Virus record (IMG/VR): IMGVR_UViG_3300025687_000022
DNA length: 64,000 nt
Origin: a virus
Strand: one strand, 5' to 3'
The notes below the pieces were generated by a model. It was not told the origin of the DNA and ran no database searches. It saw only the letters and a program-made list of their open reading frames with translations. The position numbers and the translations under genes are program-made. Positions within the stretch are counted from its first letter, which is position 1; each line of letters opens with the position of its first letter. Of this stretch, positions 1 to 9,064 are shown in pieces.

Positions 1-2816
1 TCGTAAGCGGGGTGTTTAATGAAAATATCAAATTTATTTCCAGAACTATCAAAGAAAATTTCAAAGTCCACAATATTTGCTAGAATCTTTGCGATCTCTT
101 CATTAATAACAGGAATTTTATTTTTAATAATGTCATACGAGATTCCGTTAGTATGCATACAGCGCATAAACAAATCGTAAGCCGTGAACTCACGTTGCAA
201 GCGCAAATAAGATTCTTTGTCTTTTATAATGTTTTTAAGCGCTTCTTCACAAGAACCAACTTGTTTATAAAGTTGCAAAGTATCTCGCTCGCATCTTGAA
301 AGCTTGTTTTTTTCATTTGATAAATCTTTTTCAATTTTTGATTTGTCTTGGATTAGTCGCTGAAGATTTTCGATTACTTCTTTGTTTTCTTCATAATAAG
401 AAATTCGCTTTTCGATTTCTATCAACTCACTTTCAAATCTAGCTACACTTGTTTTGTTGCGCTCTCTTTCTAACTTGGCTGTAGAAATCTCAGCCTGCAA
501 ACTACGAGTAAGATTTACAATATTTTCGTATTGTTCAATTCGTTTGTTAATTGTACCAAGATCGTAGTTTGCAAATCTTAAGTTTGTTTGTTGTAATTCA
601 GATTCAACAGAACCAGAAGACGCAACAGCAACGTGAGCATCTTTAATAAATCTACAAGTAGGAAAAGAATTACCACAAGGTATGCTGTTTAATAGTTTTT
701 TCTTTTTATCGATATCTTGCAAATCACTCATTAAAGAATTTATTTTATCTTTTAATTTATTTGCTTCTTCTTTTTCGACGTGGATCGAGCTAATGTCGAT
801 CATCGAAACTAAAGCATTTGCTTTGGCTAGCTTTTCTTCTTTAAGTCCAATAGCACTTGACGCTTCTGTAATCTTTTCATTTACGCAAGACAAAAGGTAT
901 TTTGTTTCATTTTGCTTATTGACAAGTTGGGCAACATCGATAAAATCTGTTGGAGCAGATGCTATTTGATTTTTTAAATTGTTCAACTTTTCGTTAAGAA
1001 CAGAAATTTTAATTTTCAACTCTTCGCACTTTGATTGATTTACCTCAGAGTCTTGCTTTGCCTTAGCTAACCTTTCTTCTGTTTCAGAAATCTCAACATC
1101 AAAATCTCTATCAGAGCATTTGTTAAGAAGAACTTTTGTATCACGCGAATCTTCTTTTGCTAATTTGAACTTTTGATCAAAAAACTCAAGATCCAAAAAC
1201 TTTGCAATAATCTCTTTGCGCTTTGTTGAACCTTCATCGACAAAAGAAAATGCGCCGTGCTGAGAGGCAAGAGAAGACATAGAAAAATCTTCTATGGTGC
1301 CAAAGTGCTTGCGAATATTTGCGTCGGTTTGAGCCCGCGTGGTGCCGTTGAGAGAGGTAGTTTCTCCTGTGGTCTTGTCGTGCTCTTCAAAGTTTAGCTC
1401 AGTCTTTGCTTCTGTTATTTCTTCTTTCTTAACGCGACGAGTGTACTTAACAGATTGTCTGGTAATATAATAAACTTTATCTCCGATCTCAATCTCTAGT
1501 TCTCCGCGCCCATAGTCTCTATTTTGATTAATAACATTTAAATTCTTGCGCTCATTTTTCGAAGTCGTGTTGAAAAGTGTATAAAGCGCTGCGTCAATAA
1601 CAGAACTTTTGCCACTAAAGTTCTTGCCAAAAATTCCGATAATCCCAGAGAGACTGTCAAAATTAATGTTGTTATCTTCTCCATAATTAAAAAGATTGTC
1701 CCATTTAAAGTTGTTGATTTTCCAGTTGACATTTCTTGAAACCTCTTCGTTGTCTTCTACAATTTTATTATACTTACGATTTAGTTCGTAAATAGACTCA
1801 AGAGTATCTTCATCGATCTGATAATCCTTAAGGTACTCTGAAATAAGTTCTTCTTGTACGTTTATGTCGCGTAGGTTCTCGCAATACAAATCTCCAGCAA
1901 TTTCTTCAACGGAACCACGAGAACCAGCAGCACGGTTGAGAAAAGTAACACTTTCAGGCTTGTATTTATGTTTTGCAACATCAAGCGCTTTACGCATAAC
2001 GTCGAGAGGCAAATTATTTTCACTTACCAAACGCAAACGAGCGCCACTTGGGACGCTTGTTTTTCTTGGTATCTTGCCAGTTGGAGTTAGCGTAATAGTA
2101 AAAAATGGCTTTGGATTATTAAAAACAATATGATCAACATTCCAATCATTTTTAGATTTTATGTTCCAAAGCAACAAGCCTTTATCGTTGCTCTCTCCGT
2201 GATTTTGCTGAACGGTAGAGCCAGCATACCAAACTCGTTTTGTTTTATCCAGCGCCTGACAACGATGAATGTCGCCAAGCATAGCAAAATCAAAATCGTT
2301 AAAAATAGATATATCGTCTTCGCCGTTTACCATTTCCCAATCAGCATCGGTTTTACAACCGCTGATAGAGCCATGATAAAGCGCTATGTTGATTTTTGAT
2401 GAATCTGTTGGTTGCGTCCAATTATCTCTATCAAAAACAGAAAGTACATTTAAACATAAATCATTATTTAAATGTACTTCACCGGAGTTTTTAAGCAAAT
2501 GAAGATGAGGAAGATTTAATGCCTCAACGATTGGAGTAATCGCATCTTGGCGGTTACTGTTCTTAAGATTGCCATCGTGGTTACCAAGAATAATATAAGT
2601 TGGCGCAATTAAAGAAAGATTGCGAAAAAAATCAGAGCACATATCAACAAACTCAGGAGAAATTTGAGTTTTAGTATGTGCGATATCTCCACAGTGAACA
2701 ATATAATCTACTTTATTTTCTCTAAGAGAATCGTAAATTTGTTCAAATATTTCTTTGTATTCTTGATGGTATTTTAAATTTTTAATATGAGTATCAGCAA
2801 TATGAGCGATCTTCAT
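1..2816 (-). CDS. Mre11/SbcD nuclease - Rad50/SbcC ATPase single-chain fusion (3' end beyond window)
   Basis: Hand translation from ATG 2816: MKIAHIADTH, CGDIAH, LGNHD, LYHG and LGDIH (metallophosphoesterase motifs). The frame continues without a stop into NWKINNFKWDNLFNYG, Walker A GKNFSGKSS, coiled coil and PCGNSFPTC. Absent from the ORF track because there is no stop inside the window. Confidence 0.93.
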   Translation of the reverse strand, partial: MKIAHIADTHIKNLKYHQEYKEIFEQIYDSLRENKVDYIVHCGDIAHTKTQISPEFVDMCSDFFRNLSLIAPTYIILGNHDGNLKNSNRQDAITPIVEALNLPHLHLLKNSGEVHLNNDLCLNVLSVFDRDNWTQPTDSSKINIALYHGSISGCKTDADWEMVNGEDDISIFNDFDFAMLGDIHRCQALDKTKRVWYAGSTVQQNHGESNDKGLLLWNIKSKNDWNVDHIVFNNPKPFFTITLTPTGKIPRKTSVPSGARLRLVSENNLPLDVMRKALDVAKHKYKPESVTFLNRAAGSRGSVEEIAGDLYCENLRDINVQEELISEYLKDYQIDEDTLESIYELNRKYNKIVEDNEEVSRNVNWKINNFKWDNLFNYGEDNNINFDSLSGIIGIFGKNFSGKSSVIDAALYTLFNTTSKNERKNLNVINQNRDYGRGELEIEIGDKVYYITRQSVKYTRRVKKEEITEAKTELNFEEHDKTTGETTSLNGTTRAQTDANIRKHFGTIEDFSMSSLASQHGAFSFVDEGSTKRKEIIAKFLDLEFFDQKFKLAKEDSRDTKVLLNKCSDRDFDVEISETEERLAKAKQDSEVNQSKCEELKIKISVLNEKLNNLKNQIASAPTDFIDVAQLVNKQNETKYLLSCVNEKITEASSAIGLKEEKLAKANALVSMIDISSIHVEKEEANKLKDKINSLMSDLQDIDKKKKLLNSIPCGNSFPTCRFIKDAHVAVASSGSVESELQQTNLRFANYDLGTINKRIEQYENIVNLTRSLQAEISTAKLERERNKTSVARFESELIEIEKRISYYEENKEVIENLQRLIQDKSKIEKDLSNEKNKLSRCERDTLQLYKQVGSCEEALKNIIKDKESYLRLQREFTAYDLFMRCMHTNGISYDIIKNKIPVINEEIAKILANIVDFEIFFDSSGNKFDIFIKHPAY

Positions 2817-3076
2817 TCAGCACCCTGGACATTATCTCCGATAAGCTTCTGGTTTAAATAGTCAGCATTGTTTTCAACCAGCATCTCTACATAAGCATCA
2901 TATGTTTCTTCTTCTATATCCTGTAGAGGGACCGAAATAACATTTGGCTTAACGCTTTCAATACGCGAACGCTCGTATACAATATCAAAAACTAATCCAG
3001 CAGCCGCATGTCCCATGAAAAAAGAGATAACAACAACAGCAAAATAAAACACTCTATCAAAAAGAAGACTTTTCAT
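2813..3076 (-). CDS. hypothetical membrane-anchored protein
   Basis: N-terminal hydrophobic helix, strong SD (GGAGGT), ATGA overlap with the downstream gene. Confidence 0.7.
   Translation of the reverse strand: MKSLLFDRVFYFAVVVISFFMGHAAAGLVFDIVYERSRIESVKPNVISVPLQDIEEETYDAYVEMLVENNADYLNQKLIGDNVQGAE
2855..2862 (-). promoter_or_regulatory. putative phage late-promoter motif ACTATTTA
   Basis: Exact motif about 39 nt upstream of the ATG at 2816; the motif recurs upstream of other starts. Confidence 0.45.
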
Positions 3077-3093
3077 CTCTTACCTCCATAAAT

Positions 3094-3122
3094 AATATAA
3101 CTTATTATTGAGGCGATGTCAA
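3094..3122 (-). promoter_or_regulatory. sigma70-type promoter
   Basis: TTGACA-17 nt-TATATT upstream of SD and ATG 3076. Confidence 0.75.
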
Positions 3123-4328
3123 GGAGTCTATCTTTTGAATTCCTGCTCCGTAAAGGATTTTATTCAAAATTTTAAGCAGCTGTTCTTCGCTTTCAACACC
3201 ATTAGCTATTAGTGTTGCTTCTGGCTGTCTTTGATAATCGGACACAACTTTATTTATACCATCTTCAACAATTTCTTGATATAAATTGTATGCAACTGAC
3301 CATTCTAGAGCAATTACTTGTGCTTGAAGATCTTCATCGCCCCCAGGAAGGTCAGCATAGCGCATTTCAATATCGCCGCTATTAGATGGCCATTTTCCAG
3401 TATCTCCGAATACAAAATCTCTTAGATCTGAAATATTTTTGACATCATTTTTCAAAATATTTTCAATAACCCACTCCTTATACTGCTCTTTAGTGTCAAA
3501 AGAATTTGGCATAACAAGGTTATCTGGTATTTGATCGTAATCTATATATGCAATGCCGCCTGGAGCTTGTGTAGTGACATGCGCTCTTCTGTAATTTAAC
3601 CGACCAGAGTCAACTAATTGATCAATATGATTCCATAGAACTTCTACAGTTTCATCATTTGTTAAGTCGTCAAAAGCTTCAGCATTTATATTTCCATAGA
3701 AATCGTAGGCTTGGACTTGTGAAAGGTCAGGTGGTCCATCAGAAACTGCAAACGTCATACGCGGCTTCGAATCAGTTGCCATCATTTCTATTGCACTTTC
3801 TGGATCATCGGCAATAACGTTTATGTGATTAAAAATATCAGTACCTTGAGATAATGCTGACGCCAGCAACCCAGCTATAATTGCTTTTGTACCTCTTGTT
3901 TCTCTTCCGATTCTGTCTTTGATTTTTTGTATCGTTGCTCTCGCAAGATTTTCTTTTGACTCACCAGTTTCTTCAGAGTCGATACGATCAGCGAGTTTGG
4001 AAAAAAATCTTTTGACCATGTTAACATCTGGTTGCTCTGATTCGGAAAGTGTATTTAAAAAGTCCACAAGTTCATCTGCAATTTTAGATGATGGATCGGA
4101 TGATGGACCACCTGATGGATCACCCATTCCATGCACTTCAACTACTTGTTCTTTATCTGGAACTTGAAGAACTTTCGGTGGAGAAGCTAATCTTAAAAAT
4201 TCAGCAGTTTCTTTGGGAGATAATGTGTTGATTTCCGAAGAAAAAGAGCCGTTTTGTTCTTTCAAAAAAGCATTCACTTCTTCTTTAATAATTTGTTTTA
4301 ATCTTGTTTTTGTTATTAACATTTTCAT
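3105..4328 (-). CDS. hypothetical protein with 'ITKTRLKQIIKEE...FLKE' leader; possible internal head/ejection protein
   Basis: 407-aa acidic ORF with an amphipathic leader ending in LKE and one hydrophobic segment (AIIAGLLASAL). Confidence 0.6.
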   Translation of the reverse strand: MKMLITKTRLKQIIKEEVNAFLKEQNGSFSSEINTLSPKETAEFLRLASPPKVLQVPDKEQVVEVHGMGDPSGGPSSDPSSKIADELVDFLNTLSESEQPDVNMVKRFFSKLADRIDSEETGESKENLARATIQKIKDRIGRETRGTKAIIAGLLASALSQGTDIFNHINVIADDPESAIEMMATDSKPRMTFAVSDGPPDLSQVQAYDFYGNINAEAFDDLTNDETVEVLWNHIDQLVDSGRLNYRRAHVTTQAPGGIAYIDYDQIPDNLVMPNSFDTKEQYKEWVIENILKNDVKNISDLRDFVFGDTGKWPSNSGDIEMRYADLPGGDEDLQAQVIALEWSVAYNLYQEIVEDGINKVVSDYQRQPEATLIANGVESEEQLLKILNKILYGAGIQKIDSLTSPQ

Positions 4329-4855
4329 GCTCCTTGCAAATATTTATCTTCTATAAGTTTTTTTAAGTAATACCGAACCCATACATTTTCAAAAGTGTTG
4401 ATAGTTGGATCAAAAAAATCTTTTAGAGGATATGTGTCATCCTCGTTTGTACCATCTGGGTGAACAAAAGAACCGTTCATGGGCGCCGAGAGCGATTCAA
4501 TAAGCGATAAATATGCAGGAATAAAACTTTCTATATCTTCTTTTGTTTGTATTTCTGATGCTTTTTTGCGAAGTTCTTTTATTTGTTTTATTTTTTCAGG
4601 CGTTTCATCACGAAATACATTTCCCCAATCAGGGTCTTCATCTGTGGTCAACAATTCAAAAAAAGATCGCTTTAAGTCTTTAACGGCAAGATTTTCTGCT
4701 TCGGCGTAAATGTCTTCAATGGCTAAAGGCGCAAGTTCGTATCCTTGCTCTACAGTATCTGGATCATCATTTGTTATTAGTTTATAAACTTGTTGTGCGT
4801 ATGGATCGGCAGCTTCTTTTAAAAACTTGCGCCAATTTTCAAATAGTAATTTCAT
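4325..4855 (-). CDS. hypothetical protein with MKLLFENWRKFLKE leader
   Basis: 176-aa ORF whose leader nearly matches that of 58748..59317. Confidence 0.65.
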   Translation of the reverse strand: MKLLFENWRKFLKEAADPYAQQVYKLITNDDPDTVEQGYELAPLAIEDIYAEAENLAVKDLKRSFFELLTTDEDPDWGNVFRDETPEKIKQIKELRKKASEIQTKEDIESFIPAYLSLIESLSAPMNGSFVHPDGTNEDDTYPLKDFFDPTINTFENVWVRYYLKKLIEDKYLQGA

Positions 4856-4866
4856 TTATAGTCCCT

Positions 4867-5802
4867 TTATATTGCTAATAACAAGTTTCTCAATAAATAG
4901 TCGTCATTATCAATAAAAGTAGCTTGTTTTTTACGTTGGTTAAAAACCTCTCTTGGCATCTCACCAACGTCTTCATAGCCTGTAGTATCTATTTTATATA
5001 GTTCAATATCATATTGAAGAAGCGTCTTAATAATCTTTTGCTCTTTTTTGCTTGCATCAGCATCGAGCGCCAGATAGACGGGCGTGTCGTTAAGAACGAT
5101 CTTTCGTACAAGTTTGGAGTTTGCTTGGATTGTTGAACCCAATAAAGGTATAGCGTTTCCTGCGATAATAGCATCAAATACTCCTTCGGTTATTGTTAGG
5201 TCTTTGTTCCAGTTTACATATAGTTCATTAAAAATAATGTTTTTAGATGCTCTTGGGTTTTTATATCGATAAGAAGAGTTATTGTAAGTTCTACCAACAA
5301 AATAGTTAATATCCCCATCATTATCAAATGACGGAATAATAATTCTTTTGTAGTATTCTCCAGTATTGCAATAGCCAATCTTCCAGCGCAAAATATCTGC
5401 ATCCGATACACCACGCTTGCGAAGATAATTGTACGCCGGATAAGCAACTGTAGGCAGTTTTTTACTAGCTAATGTGTCGAACTCTGGTGGTAACATTAGC
5501 TTTTGTTTTACTTCCGGCTCTGGCTCGCTAAACAAATCCGAAAAGCGATCAAGATCTATACGATTAGTAATTTGATCCCATTTCTGTAGTAAAGTAAATG
5601 AGCCAAATCTACGTATAATACGACGGATGTTACGACCACGGTAATCGCAAATCCAGCATTTAAAAAAGTTTTTGTCTATATTGATAGACAGTTTATTTTT
5701 ATGGTGGTTGCACACCGGGCATCCAAAAAGATATTCCGCTCCGTTCTGCTGATAATATCCTAATGTTTGGTGCAGTATGCTGATAGCTTCTGTTTTATTC
5801 AC
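4867..5802 (-). CDS. DNA primase (Zn-finger + TOPRIM)
   Basis: CPVCNHH...CWIC zinc finger, RIIIP, TEGVFDA and LALDADA TOPRIM motifs; GTG start. Confidence 0.9.
   Translation of the reverse strand: MNKTEAISILHQTLGYYQQNGAEYLFGCPVCNHHKNKLSINIDKNFFKCWICDYRGRNIRRIIRRFGSFTLLQKWDQITNRIDLDRFSDLFSEPEPEVKQKLMLPPEFDTLASKKLPTVAYPAYNYLRKRGVSDADILRWKIGYCNTGEYYKRIIIPSFDNDGDINYFVGRTYNNSSYRYKNPRASKNIIFNELYVNWNKDLTITEGVFDAIIAGNAIPLLGSTIQANSKLVRKIVLNDTPVYLALDADASKKEQKIIKTLLQYDIELYKIDTTGYEDVGEMPREVFNQRKKQATFIDNDDYLLRNLLLAI
4894..4901 (-). promoter_or_regulatory. putative late-promoter motif ACTATTTA
   Basis: Inside the 3' end of the primase gene, about 39 nt upstream of ATG 4855. Confidence 0.55.
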
Positions 5803-5808
5803 AAATAC

Positions 5809-5837
5809 AAGATAACATGACGTAAGCTATTAATCAA
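5809..5837 (-). promoter_or_regulatory. sigma70-type promoter (extended -10), probably giving leaderless primase mRNA
   Basis: TTGATT-17 nt-TATCTT with TGn extension; only 6 nt separate the -10 from the GTG; no SD. Confidence 0.5.
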
Positions 5838-6267
5838 CCCTCTTTTGCAAAGTTCCAGACAGTAAATCCATTATTGGTAAGACAACCCCCCAACTTTTAT
5901 TTTGGTTTCTCATGTGGTGATTCCAGTGCCACCAAAAAACTTTTTTAGCTACTGCTGGATATCTATGGACAAAGTTGTGAATTAAAATAAATAAAACACC
6001 GTAAGTAACAAGAGCAGAATAAAAGAAAGGACTGAAAAAAGCAATTGGCAGATGAGCAAGCAAAATAAATGGTATACCAATCATTTCGACTTTTGATATT
6101 TTAGAATCAAAAAAATCGTTATGTCTTGCAGTCAAGTGGTGCTCTCGCAAGTGAAATGAAAATAATGAATCTTTCTTTTTGCCAAATTCGTGAAATAAAT
6201 AACGATGAACTGCATACTCAAATGTGTTAGCATACAAGATGCCAAGAGCAAAAAGAACTATTTCCAT
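5830..6267 (-). CDS. fatty acid hydroxylase / sterol desaturase family membrane protein
   Basis: His boxes HRYLFH, HLREHH, HNFVH and HWNHH with hydrophobic helices. Confidence 0.8.
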   Translation of the reverse strand: MEIVLFALGILYANTFEYAVHRYLFHEFGKKKDSLFSFHLREHHLTARHNDFFDSKISKVEMIGIPFILLAHLPIAFFSPFFYSALVTYGVLFILIHNFVHRYPAVAKKVFWWHWNHHMRNQNKSWGVVLPIMDLLSGTLQKRVD

Positions 6268-6277
6268 TATTTATCTC

Positions 6278-6793
6278 CTATTGTTTGGTTAGCTCGTACC
6301 CTGCCTTAGCAATTACGATTGCATCTGCTCTGTCAAATGATTCTGGTTTTGGATTACCAGATTTAGTGTATTCAACACTAAAAGACTCTTCTGTTTCTAA
6401 AAGATGCTCTAAAACAACTAATTTTGCTTTTTCGCCTTTTGGAACTTTAATGTCGCAAAGTTTCCGTGCTTGACTCGCACCTATATATTCAGGCTGCATT
6501 TCAAAAATCTCATACACCATCCAAGATACGATACCGTTGAATCTTTGTAATGATGCCATTGTTTTTGCAGATGAGCCTCCAGAATTAAAAAATGTAAAAG
6601 GTTGCTCGATGTAGATTCTATCAAATTTATCATATTGTTCGTAAATGTCAAGAATTTTACTTTTTATATGAATTGACTTAGCAAAAACATCTTTGTATTT
6701 ACGCAGATCTATTGAGTCATAACTGATTAGCTTACCGTTATTTACAATCGCAAAACCAGTTATGCTTGTGCTTATATCTATACCCAAAATCAT
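6278..6793 (-). CDS. RuvC-like Holliday junction resolvase
   Basis: ILGIDIS, IYIEQ and DRADAIVIA acidic RNase-H-fold motifs. Confidence 0.85.
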   Translation of the reverse strand: MILGIDISTSITGFAIVNNGKLISYDSIDLRKYKDVFAKSIHIKSKILDIYEQYDKFDRIYIEQPFTFFNSGGSSAKTMASLQRFNGIVSWMVYEIFEMQPEYIGASQARKLCDIKVPKGEKAKLVVLEHLLETEESFSVEYTKSGNPKPESFDRADAIVIAKAGYELTKQ

Positions 6794-8004
6794 ATATCTA
6801 ACTTTAATTTAAATGTCAAGTCTTCGTCTTCTTTTTTGCGAACAGGATTAGACAAAGTTGCTACGCCAATAAGATTTTGTTTGTCGTCGTAGATAGCTAC
6901 GCGAGAAACATAAACTTGTCGCTCAAAAGAAGCGCTGTAATCAGTATAACTTGAAGACGCAAAATTGTATATTCTTCTTGAATTGTTTTCTAAATAAATC
7001 TGAGAAGAAGTTTGTTCGACTAAACTTTGATTATACTCGATGTAAGTTGGGTTATTGGAATAATTGACTTCTCCGCGTCTAGCATGCGCGAACATCGTCA
7101 TAACTTGAATGTCGTTAGTGCCTTCGAAAGATAAGCGAGAAGAAGCAGTTAAATAAGAAGCACCAGCAGTAGATGTGCTAACATTATCATGCGCTCCTGC
7201 TCCCCAATAAATCCAAGATGGATTTTTTGGTCCCGCGCCAGCTTCCAAAGAGATTGTCTGCGAACTTAATGCCCAAGAGCCAGTTAGCAATATAAATCCT
7301 TCGTTATATAAAACAACACCAGCTACTGAACCAGAGCCAGTAGAACCAACAGGACCAGTTTGTATTAACTCTCCATTTTGTTTTGTATCTTCTAATGTTC
7401 CAATTAGCGAGCCAGTAAAATACCAGTCTAACCTAACAGACCCTGGATTTATTTTCTGTCCGTAGAAAATAGAAGGAATCGATGTTAAATTTATAGTTTG
7501 GTTTGCTTTATCTCCATAAGAAGAAGAAACTTTATAATGCTCGCTGATAGCGCCATAAAAATTTAATCTATTCTTCAGAGCATAAAAATGCGGATAAACA
7601 GGGGTAGTTTGAAAAGTCAATCCTGTGTCTGGATTAGTAGCAGTATTTCTTTGCCCTGCTGTTGCCATGAACTCGCGAGTAATAGACGCAGATAAAGGAT
7701 AGCTGCCAGAAATCACAGTGCCGTAAGCATCTGTTGCTTTTGAACCGCTTAAAGCAAATCCAGAACTTTGTTTATAAGTAAAAGGATAAATAAATGGATT
7801 TGTCCCATCGGCGCGATCAGTATTAATTTCATGCAAACTAATGTGACCAGATGGAACATTATCCGCTTGGGCACTAAACGCGCCAGACTGCGAAGGCTTA
7901 TCGTTGTAGTAGATATTGCTATCAAAAATGAAGAACTCACTTTTTGGGTAAGTTCTCATTGTGTTTAGTATGATGTCATTTTCACCAAACTTTTTAAGGG
8001 ACAT
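6790..8004 (-). CDS. virion (baseplate/tail) structural protein
   Basis: In the tail module; C-terminal VAIYDDKQNLIGVATLSNPVRK is paralogous to 8006..9046; rich in SGS/TGS/SAS. Confidence 0.65.
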   Translation of the reverse strand: MSLKKFGENDIILNTMRTYPKSEFFIFDSNIYYNDKPSQSGAFSAQADNVPSGHISLHEINTDRADGTNPFIYPFTYKQSSGFALSGSKATDAYGTVISGSYPLSASITREFMATAGQRNTATNPDTGLTFQTTPVYPHFYALKNRLNFYGAISEHYKVSSSYGDKANQTINLTSIPSIFYGQKINPGSVRLDWYFTGSLIGTLEDTKQNGELIQTGPVGSTGSGSVAGVVLYNEGFILLTGSWALSSQTISLEAGAGPKNPSWIYWGAGAHDNVSTSTAGASYLTASSRLSFEGTNDIQVMTMFAHARRGEVNYSNNPTYIEYNQSLVEQTSSQIYLENNSRRIYNFASSSYTDYSASFERQVYVSRVAIYDDKQNLIGVATLSNPVRKKEDEDLTFKLKLDI

Positions 8005-8005
8005 T

Positions 8006-9046
8006 TTAGTAGTCCAATCTAACTCGTAGTGTTATCTCGTTTGTTGGGTCTTTGCGTAGCGGTTCTGAAAGTTTAGCAACTGCTAGTAATTCGTTTTGAG
8101 AGCTATAAAGACCGATTGTTGTAATATAAGCAACTGGAGTATCAGTAGCAACGTTTTTAACTCTGATTGTGCTAGCCGATAAATAAGTTGGGTTTGACGA
8201 GTGGTTATATTTATTATGCGGAACGCGGCAGAAATAAATAGTTGAGTTGATTTCTGTTGTGTTGTTAAAGCTAATGTTTTGAACTCTGTGGCGAAGGGCA
8301 TCGCAAGCACCCGTAATTGAAGACGAAACAAAAACCTGAGCAACTGATTTGGTTCCTGCGGACTCTGATAAGAAATCTGTCATAACATCAAACGAAGATG
8401 TAGAAAGAACCGCAATACCTGCCTGATAAAAGACTAGTCCACGAACAACGTTATCAGAAGAATAAAGAAGACCATAATCTCCACCAAACGTATTAGTAGT
8501 TCCACCAGTATCGGAAGCAGAAACATCGGTAAGGACTTTAGTGCCAGCAAAAGGAGTTGCCCAAGAACCAGTGCCCAATGTAATGCTAACGGAACCTTTC
8601 TTAATTTGATCTTTGGTAATTAAGCGAGAGAAGTTGAGGAAGAAAGATTCCTGCATCGCTCCAACTTCATCAAGTGCTAAATCAAGCTCAAATTTACGGA
8701 CAGTGTTGGTCGAGCCAGTATAACCTAAAAGAACCTGAGAGAACTGGTTATACATGTTAATCTTTTTGGCTTCCAAAGTAACACCAGGAGATCCAGAAAG
8801 AGGAGAAGCTTCATCGTATCCAATAGAAATATCAAAAATGTGGTTTGCAGAAGAAGATAAATAAGGATAGTCATAAACAGATTGGAACTGCCCATGAGTA
8901 TAGTTTTTAATGTTATCTTCACTTGGGAATGTTCCATAAGTACCGCTAATAATCGTTCCTGTTAGTGGGATCGACTCGTGAAGTAGCGTTCTTGTTGTCG
9001 TAACGTCTTGAGTGAGATCTAAGATCTCATAGTTTGTAACTGCCAT
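8006..9046 (-). CDS. virion (baseplate/tail) structural protein
   Basis: C-terminal ITTIGLYSSQNELLAVAKLSEPLRK resembles the tail-collar/fibre attachment domain. Confidence 0.65.
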   Translation of the reverse strand: MAVTNYEILDLTQDVTTTRTLLHESIPLTGTIISGTYGTFPSEDNIKNYTHGQFQSVYDYPYLSSSANHIFDISIGYDEASPLSGSPGVTLEAKKINMYNQFSQVLLGYTGSTNTVRKFELDLALDEVGAMQESFFLNFSRLITKDQIKKGSVSITLGTGSWATPFAGTKVLTDVSASDTGGTTNTFGGDYGLLYSSDNVVRGLVFYQAGIAVLSTSSFDVMTDFLSESAGTKSVAQVFVSSSITGACDALRHRVQNISFNNTTEINSTIYFCRVPHNKYNHSSNPTYLSASTIRVKNVATDTPVAYITTIGLYSSQNELLAVAKLSEPLRKDPTNEITLRVRLDY

Positions 9047-9064
9047 TTATATTCTCCAATTCCT

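Noticed and set aside
1789-1795. CTATTTA near the Mre11/Rad50 junction as an internal promoter for a separate Rad50
   Set aside because: Imperfect match and no convincing in-frame start with SD nearby; the ATG at 1732 is out of frame.
8235-8242. Exact ACTATTTA inside 8006..9046
   Set aside because: About 230 nt from the next start and explained by the codons for S-T-I-Y; likely chance in AT-rich DNA.
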